A stretch of DNA of 64,000 nt from assembly GCA_024399015.1 (NCBI GenBank), contig JAKSIC010000002.1, forward strand, positions 68,732-132,731, written 5' to 3'. Positions 57,893 to 64,000 of this stretch are shown in pieces (within the stretch, counting starts at the first letter, position 1; the number at the start of each line of letters is the position of its first letter). The position numbers were made by a program, and so were the translations under genes. The notes below the pieces were generated by a model, which was not told the origin of the DNA, did no database searches, and saw only the letters and a list, made by a program, of their open reading frames with translations. This DNA is from Fibrobacter sp. (GTDB taxonomy: Bacteria; Fibrobacterota; Fibrobacteria; Fibrobacterales; Fibrobacteraceae).

Positions 57893-58462
57893 ATGAAAAA
57901 GTTGATGGCAGCACTTGCTATGGTCGCCATGATGGTCGGTTGTGCAAGCACTCCCCAAGAAAAGGCGGCAGATGCTCTCAGCGAATTGATCACCGCTAAG
58001 AACAAGTTAATTCACGAAGGTCAGCTGGCTGGTATTGGTGTAGGCATTTCTTCCGACGAAACTGTCGCTTACGACAAGGCCGATGTGAATGCTCGTGCTG
58101 ACTTAGCCAAGCTCATTGATGCTGAAGTTCAGTCCTTTACCAAGAGTTTCAAGGAACAGATTACCGTCGACGGCATGGAATCTGTAGCAGAACATTTCCA
58201 GAGCACAGTCAAGACCACTGTCGACGTTCAGTTGAACGGAGCAACCATGACCAACGTCAAGGTTGAAACTGTAGAAGGCAAGTTCAAGGTTTACGGCATC
58301 GTAACCCTTAACACCACCCTCATTGAAGAATACATCAAGTCCGTTGAAGATACCGAAAATAAGCTGACCGAAGAACAGAAGCAAACCGTTCGCGAATTAG
58401 CGGTAAAGGCTTACAGCGAACTGAACTTTGAATATTCAGAAGAAACTAGCGATGTTCATTAG
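57893..58462 (+). CDS. LPP20-like lipoprotein
   Basis: Lipobox MVGC; AGIGVG..AYDKADVNARADLAKLIDAEVQS; 3' end overlaps folC. Confidence 0.65.
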   Translation: MKKLMAALAMVAMMVGCASTPQEKAADALSELITAKNKLIHEGQLAGIGVGISSDETVAYDKADVNARADLAKLIDAEVQSFTKSFKEQITVDGMESVAEHFQSTVKTTVDVQLNGATMTNVKVETVEGKFKVYGIVTLNTTLIEEYIKSVEDTENKLTEEQKQTVRELAVKAYSELNFEYSEETSDVH

Positions 58463-59798
58463 TGGTCGGTTCTAATCCGCGGAAGAAGGCCAAACCTTCA
58501 TAATCGGATTTAAGAGCCTGAACACACTCGCCAATCATGTAAAGACTTCCCGTAATCAAAACGGGGAGTTTTTTGTTTTCGGAACTTTCGCCGTCAGCGG
58601 CAGCGCGAACGCCATCCAAGAATTCTCGGCTAAGCAAACCTTCGCTGGCCACGGACAAGTTCAAATCCCCCAGCAAGCCACGCAAATCATCCAATTCACG
58701 GAATCGCGGATAAGGCGTTTTGGTAATATGCCAGAGGCTTACGTGAGAAGCCATCAGCTTCAGCATTTCATCTACATCCTTGTCCTTGAGGGCTCCAAAG
58801 ACGCAGTGGAACTTCTGACCTGGATAGTACTTGTCCAAGGATTCCACAAGGCGGCGTACCGCATGGGAATTATGGGCTCCATCCAAAATAAAATCGACTT
58901 GACCTTGGGCATTTTCCAGCTTTTGCATACGGCCCGCCCAAGAACGTTTTTCCAATGTTTTCAAAGCAAGAGCATCGTCGTAGCCAGCACCATTAGCGCA
59001 GCTACCAGCAGCAACGCTCAAGAACATCTGCGCTGCGGCCAAGGACAAGCTTGCATTTTCCACATAATGCTGACCCAAGTTAGGCAACTGAATATCGGAA
59101 CGAATTTCCGGAACCACAACATTTGCATTCAAGGACTTTGCATATTCACAAGCATCTGCCAAAAGCGATTCCGACAAGCCGCCAAGAACAAAGGTCTTAC
59201 CAGAAACCTTGTCCGCGGACGTACCCAGTACGCCCATTTTTTCTTTCAAAATTGCAACTTCGGTAGCACCCAAAACTTCTGTATGTTCCAAGCCAATGCT
59301 TGTCACCACGGCCACATCGCCATCAGCAACAGCAGTGCTATCCAGACGACCACCCATTCCTGCTTCAAGAACGGCAACCTGTACGCCAGAATTTGCGTAA
59401 TGCAAGAACGCGACCAAAGTCAAAACTTCAAAGAAGGTGGGCTCAATTTTTGCAGCTTCCGCGCGATCCTTATTCACCAGGTCTGCAGCGTCCTTGACCT
59501 GAAGCAGATAGCGGTTCAAATCCTCTTCGCTGATGGGTTCGTCATTGACTCGAATACGTTCGCGGAGATTCACCAGATGAGGGCTGGTGTAAAGAGCGGT
59601 CTTCAAGCCATGAGCTTGCAGAACACCTGATAAATAATAGCTGGTTGAGCCCTTTCCGTTCGTGCCAACAACGTGAATTGTCTTGAACTTTTTCTGAGGA
59701 TTTCCAAGGGCTTCGCAAAGAGTGCGAGTAGATTCCAAACCAGGCATCATCCCGAACATCAATCGGGAATTCAGATATTCTATACCATCATAGAGCAT
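58446..59798 (-). CDS. folC: Folylpolyglutamate synthase / dihydrofolate synthase
   Basis: HVVGTNGKGST, YTSPHL, TFFEVLT, EAGMGGRLDST, LDGAHN, ITGSLY. Confidence 0.95.
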   Translation of the reverse strand: MLYDGIEYLNSRLMFGMMPGLESTRTLCEALGNPQKKFKTIHVVGTNGKGSTSYYLSGVLQAHGLKTALYTSPHLVNLRERIRVNDEPISEEDLNRYLLQVKDAADLVNKDRAEAAKIEPTFFEVLTLVAFLHYANSGVQVAVLEAGMGGRLDSTAVADGDVAVVTSIGLEHTEVLGATEVAILKEKMGVLGTSADKVSGKTFVLGGLSESLLADACEYAKSLNANVVVPEIRSDIQLPNLGQHYVENASLSLAAAQMFLSVAAGSCANGAGYDDALALKTLEKRSWAGRMQKLENAQGQVDFILDGAHNSHAVRRLVESLDKYYPGQKFHCVFGALKDKDVDEMLKLMASHVSLWHITKTPYPRFRELDDLRGLLGDLNLSVASEGLLSREFLDGVRAAADGESSENKKLPVLITGSLYMIGECVQALKSDYEGLAFFRGLEPTTNEHR

Positions 59799-59917
59799 GT
59801 CCTATAATATAGAACATTCCTTTTCCTCAAAAATGAAGTATCTTTATTTTGAACTCGGTTTAATTTGTAAGATTAGCCGGTTAGGTTTTCTATATCATTT
59901 TTTAGATAGGTTTCTAT

Positions 59918-60685
59918 ATGCGTCGCAAGATTACGGGAGCAAAGCCCCTTTCTCTTTTTGTCCTTTTGGCAATCGCCCTTGTGGCCTTGATTGCCGAGGT
60001 CCAGGCCAAGGTAGATCCCGAAGCAAGGGCCCAGCATTACGACTACCGCGGTGCAGGCCAACAAATGCGCCGCATCTATTACGGAGACCTACAGGAAACT
60101 TTGTACTGCGGTTGCAAATACATGGACAAAAAGCATGTGGATTTTTCCACCTGCGATTACGAGCCCCGCTATAATCCCAAGCGCAAAAGTATGAAGCGAG
60201 CCGAATCCATCGAATGGGAACACATCGTCACCGCCCACAACATGGGTCACTTCCTTCCCTGCTGGAAAGAAGGCGGTCGTAAAAACTGCAGCGCCAACGA
60301 TGACACGTTCAAAATTATGGAAGGGGACTTGCATAACCTCTACCCCGCCATCGGCGAAGTCAACGGAGACCGAAACAATTTTATGTACAGCCAGTGGACC
60401 AATGATCCCGAGCCCATGTACGGCAAATGCAAAACCATCGTGGACTTCAAACTGAAAAAAGCACAGCCCCGAGAAGAAGCCCGCGGAATCATCGCCAGAG
60501 TCAGTTTCTACATGGAAAAGACCTACGGCGTAAAGCTTTCCAACCAAGACCGAAAGCTATTTGAGGCTTGGGACCGCCAGTTCCCCGTCACCCCCAGAGA
60601 ATGTGAACGCGACAGGCGAATTTTCAAGGTTCAGGGAGACCATAATCCCTTTGTATACGAGAAATGCAAAGAAAAGGGCTTTTAG
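59918..60685 (+). CDS. endA: Endonuclease I (EndA/Dns family), secreted
   Basis: Signal peptide; LYCGC, IEWEHIV, EGDLHNLYPAIGEVNGDRNN, RGIIAR, YMEKTYG, GDHNPFV. Confidence 0.93.
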   Translation: MRRKITGAKPLSLFVLLAIALVALIAEVQAKVDPEARAQHYDYRGAGQQMRRIYYGDLQETLYCGCKYMDKKHVDFSTCDYEPRYNPKRKSMKRAESIEWEHIVTAHNMGHFLPCWKEGGRKNCSANDDTFKIMEGDLHNLYPAIGEVNGDRNNFMYSQWTNDPEPMYGKCKTIVDFKLKKAQPREEARGIIARVSFYMEKTYGVKLSNQDRKLFEAWDRQFPVTPRECERDRRIFKVQGDHNPFVYEKCKEKGF

Positions 60686-60762
60686 GCCGCAACAAAGCCT
60701 GACTTCCTTAAACGTATAGATTTTTTTACTAACTTCTTAAAGTATTTGGTCAGAGGATTATT

Positions 60763-63700
60763 ATGCGTCGTTTAACAGTATTATTAGCACTTTTTGCTTG
60801 TAGCGCTTTCGCTCAGGTGGAATTCCCCATCGGTTCTAAAGTCGTAAACGTCACTAAGGACCCTTACTTTGCAAAAGCCGATGGCAAGCATGATGACACC
60901 CAAGCCATCCAACAGGCTTTGAACGACCATCCGGATGGTGACTACATCATCTACCTTCCCCATGGTATCTACAAGATTACAGAACAGCTGACTTGGCCAC
61001 AGACTGAAAAGGACGAAACCGCCACCCGTCGCACCATTTTGCAGGGTCAGAGCATCGGTGGAACCATCATCCAGCTGGCCGACAGCACCTACGGCTTCGA
61101 TAACGAAGACTTCCCCAAGGCTGTACTTTACACTGGTACCGGTCCGGAACCCCGTATCCGTAATGCCATTCGCGACTTGACCCTCAGAACCGGCAAGGGC
61201 AACCCCGGTGCTATTGGTGTGCAGTTCAACGCATCCAACCAGGGTACCATCAGCAATGTCAAGATTTATTCCAACGACACCACCGGCGTCTACGGCATCG
61301 ACATCAGCTTTACCGACAAGATTGGTCCTCTCCTGTTGAAGAATGTGGAAGTCCGCGGATTCAAAACTGGTATTTACACCAAGGGTGAAACCGGCTCCGT
61401 CACCATGGAACACGTGACCTTGGGTGGCCAGACCAAATACGGTCTTGAAAACGAAGATATGAACCTGGCAGTCCGCGCCCTTCGTTTCAAGGGTTCTGTA
61501 CCTGCAGTCTACAACCACGGTGAATACGCCATTATGAGCCTTGTGGACGGAACTCTGGAATACGACCCGGGTAAAAAGAAGCCCTCCAAGGTTACAGCCA
61601 TTATCAACGAAGGTCATTTGTTCGCCCGCTCCATGAAGATCAGCAAGTTCAATACCATGCTGAAGTCCAACAAAAAAGGCGTCATGGAAGAGCTGGTCAA
61701 CAGCGAAATTATTGAATACACCACCGAAGCAAGTAAGCAGCTTTGCCATAGCCCCAAGCAGTCTATGCGCGTACCTGTGGCAGAAACCCCGAACTTCGCA
61801 GAACAGAAGGCCGGTGACTGGATTACCATCGCCGGCGACTACGGCGGAAAGGCAAACACTGGTTCCGACGACTCCAAGGCCATCCAGGAAGCCATCGATG
61901 ATGGTGCAGAAACCATTTACTTCCCGCCGGGAGGCCGCTGGACCATCAACCGAGATATTTATGTCCGCAACCGTGTCCGCCGCATTCTCGGTACTGAAGC
62001 TCGAATCGACGGTAAGGGCAAGTTCATTATTGAAAAGGGTGCATTCAACGAACTCACCATCGAACGTTTCTCTGAATTCGGAAACGGCATCATCCAGAAA
62101 TCTACCCGCACCATCTTGATGAAGAACATGATGGTGAAGTCTCTTGAAACCGACGAATTCGGCAAGGGCGACATCTTTATGGAAGACGTTTCTGTCGGTA
62201 CCATCCAGATAAACAACCAGCGACTCTGGGGCCGTCAGGTCACCATGATCGGCGACACCAAGGGTCCGAAGATTACCAACAACGGTGGCACCATCTGGAT
62301 TCTCGGTCTTACCGCTAAAAAGGGCAACACAGTCCTCCAGAACTTCAACAAGGGTTCTGCAGAACTCATCGGCGTTGAAATCGAAGCCAGCGAAAAGGCT
62401 AAGGAACGCCCCATGTTCATTAATGACAACGCAGGCATGAGCATTATGGGTCTTCGCGAAACCTTGACCCGTGGTAACCCGTTCCTGAAGGTTGTTGAAG
62501 ATTCTCGTCAGGCATCTGCCATCAAGGCTCTTTTCGGAAAGCAACTTCTTCATACAGAAAACGGTGGATCCATATTGCCGCTGTTTGTGGGCTACGCCCC
62601 GAAGCAAGGCGCAAACGAAAAGCCCAACGTTTCCATCCCCAAGGAAATGATCCTTGTGCAGCCTAACCGCCTCCGTATTTCTGGCATTGTGGAAGACGAC
62701 GGCCGCGGCGACGGTCTTTGCGAAGTTCCCGTCCGTTGGAAGAAGGCGCTGGGTCCGGGTAAGGCCATCTTCTCCGACACCACAGCTTACGAAACCGACG
62801 TTTCCTTTACCGCAAGCGGCCGCTATAACGTGATTCTCACCGGCGATGACGGCTACCAGACCGGAGCCGACACTGGTAAGGTCTACGTGTTCGACAAGCG
62901 TTACACCACCATGGATAACAGCGGCAACAACATCCCCAGTGGCCGTGGCGCAGCAACCTGGATTTCTGAATTTGACAACTACAGCCCCCACAGCAGCGAT
63001 CCTGAATTGCATGTAGCAAACGTTCCTGAACAGGCTGGCAAAATTTATCTGAAGTTTGACCTGTCTGCTTTGCCGGGTCCGTTGTTCGACGTCGCTTTGC
63101 AGTTGAACATGCCGGATTCTATCAAGAAGCCCGTTCAGCTCAACATCTTCGGCCTCAAGGAAACTTCGAAGGATATGTTCTTCGGAGACCAGAAGCTGGG
63201 CATTGACTGGTCCGAAAATGAACTTACCTGGGAAAACGCTCCGGCAAATCTTCCTCAGGCCGGCGGTCAGTTTAACATCCGTAAGAATTCCGGTGGCGGC
63301 GTGGACACCAAGTACGCAGACTACCTGGGTATCATCACCATTAATCCCAAGTCTCCTCTCGGAGCATTCCTCCGTTCCCCCTCCCTTACTGAATTCTTTA
63401 AGCGCAAGCACGCTTCCAACCTTTACACTTTGATCCTGACCTCCGTGGACCAGGGCGAAACAATCTTGCCGTCTCCCAGCACTGGCAAGCAGTTCGCACC
63501 GTCCCTGTATGTCGGTTACTTCGACAACACCCGTTCCGTAGGCGGTGACGCCATGGACGGTGGCTACACCTTGACTAAGGTCAACGTGGACAAGTATTCC
63601 CTCGACTGCAACTTCGACTTGACCGTTGGTTACCCGCAATTCATTCAAATCGAAATTGTCAATGAATTCGGCAAGCGCATGCTCACCGTTGCAGCACGAG

Positions 63701-63825
63701 ACCTGGACGGCGAAAAGAAGACCAACTTCAAGTTCAAGGCCAAGGCCTTCCCCACCGGAAAGTACACATTGAAGGTTATCGGCGAAGCATTCACCGCAGA
63801 ACAGAAATTCTACATCCTGAACTAG
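60763..63825 (+). CDS. Secreted double beta-helix (Pectate_lyase_3/GH55-like) enzyme + PKD-like + DNRLRE/CBM96-like + C-terminal sorting domain
   Basis: Two motifs ADGKHDDTQAIQQAL..IYLPHGIY and GSDDSKAIQEAI..IYFPPG; YLKFDLS..WSENELTWENAP; FPTGKYTLKV. Confidence 0.7.
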   Translation: MRRLTVLLALFACSAFAQVEFPIGSKVVNVTKDPYFAKADGKHDDTQAIQQALNDHPDGDYIIYLPHGIYKITEQLTWPQTEKDETATRRTILQGQSIGGTIIQLADSTYGFDNEDFPKAVLYTGTGPEPRIRNAIRDLTLRTGKGNPGAIGVQFNASNQGTISNVKIYSNDTTGVYGIDISFTDKIGPLLLKNVEVRGFKTGIYTKGETGSVTMEHVTLGGQTKYGLENEDMNLAVRALRFKGSVPAVYNHGEYAIMSLVDGTLEYDPGKKKPSKVTAIINEGHLFARSMKISKFNTMLKSNKKGVMEELVNSEIIEYTTEASKQLCHSPKQSMRVPVAETPNFAEQKAGDWITIAGDYGGKANTGSDDSKAIQEAIDDGAETIYFPPGGRWTINRDIYVRNRVRRILGTEARIDGKGKFIIEKGAFNELTIERFSEFGNGIIQKSTRTILMKNMMVKSLETDEFGKGDIFMEDVSVGTIQINNQRLWGRQVTMIGDTKGPKITNNGGTIWILGLTAKKGNTVLQNFNKGSAELIGVEIEASEKAKERPMFINDNAGMSIMGLRETLTRGNPFLKVVEDSRQASAIKALFGKQLLHTENGGSILPLFVGYAPKQGANEKPNVSIPKEMILVQPNRLRISGIVEDDGRGDGLCEVPVRWKKALGPGKAIFSDTTAYETDVSFTASGRYNVILTGDDGYQTGADTGKVYVFDKRYTTMDNSGNNIPSGRGAATWISEFDNYSPHSSDPELHVANVPEQAGKIYLKFDLSALPGPLFDVALQLNMPDSIKKPVQLNIFGLKETSKDMFFGDQKLGIDWSENELTWENAPANLPQAGGQFNIRKNSGGGVDTKYADYLGIITINPKSPLGAFLRSPSLTEFFKRKHASNLYTLILTSVDQGETILPSPSTGKQFAPSLYVGYFDNTRSVGGDAMDGGYTLTKVNVDKYSLDCNFDLTVGYPQFIQIEIVNEFGKRMLTVAARDLDGEKKTNFKFKAKAFPTGKYTLKVIGEAFTAEQKFYILN

Positions 63826-63835
63826 GAATACAAAG

Positions 63836-64000
63836 ATGAGCATCAAGAAACTTTTCACATTAGGTTTGTTTACGCTTAGCTTCGCAGGCCTCACCGCTTG
63901 CGACAAGGGTTCCACCAATCCTGACGATGAGGATAGCAGTTCTTCTGTAGCTTCCTTCAAGTCCAGTAGTTCCTTTAACAGCGACCGCGCTGACATTGAC
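63836..64000 (+). CDS. Lipoprotein, truncated by the window edge
   Basis: Manual translation MSIKKLFTLGLFTLSFAGLTACDKGSTNPDDEDSSSS; lipobox LTAC and Ser-rich linker. Confidence 0.75.
   Translation, partial: MSIKKLFTLGLFTLSFAGLTACDKGSTNPDDEDSSSSVASFKSSSSFNSDRADID

Noticed and set aside
58446-58462. 17-bp convergent overlap of folC and the LPP20-like gene
   Set aside because: Short tail-to-tail overlaps are common; no further signal.
51857-63996. Minus-strand ORFs 51857-54076 and 60784-63996
   Set aside because: Antisense to aconitase and the beta-helix enzyme; no independent coding evidence.

Overview
The window looks like Fibrobacter (Fibrobacterota) chromosomal DNA, inferred from Fibrobacter paralogous families: three FISUMP/TIGR02145 lipoproteins, one TIGR02147 and one TIGR02171. 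Left to right it holds a truncated double-FISUMP lipoprotein with Cys-rich 126-bp repeats; an AT-rich DUF2971-like gene; a three-gene HipBST-type toxin-antitoxin operon with two palindromic operators; an nfeD-floA operon interrupted by a four-helix-bundle gene flanked by inverted heptamer arrays; sdhCAB, ndk, a TPR/PPIase-like lipoprotein, tamB-tamA, an ABC ATPase, glyA and an M32 carboxypeptidase; a pectin/rhamnogalacturonan cluster (2x PL11, 2x CE12, all with CBM35); then yihY, a divergent uvrA paralog, mscS, a His-rich COG0523 GTPase, TIGR02171, aconitase, an LPP20/FecR cluster, folC, endA and a large beta-helix glycan enzyme. The best candidate for an undescribed system sits at the end of the pectin cluster. 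There, a TIGR02147 HTH protein is coupled to a lipoprotein whose PL1 pectate-lyase domain has lost its catalytic Arg and Ca ligands, and a shared GTCHACACTT motif lies in all three promoter regions of the cluster. This suggests a pseudo-enzyme sensor/regulator pair. Other notable signals are the heptamer-array elements (one loaded, one empty, one single-armed), a REP-like element fused in-frame into two proteins, and a 25-bp palindrome present twice. No rRNA, tRNA, CRISPR array, transposase, integrase or reverse transcriptase was recognised. All family calls come from motif recognition by eye, not database searches.
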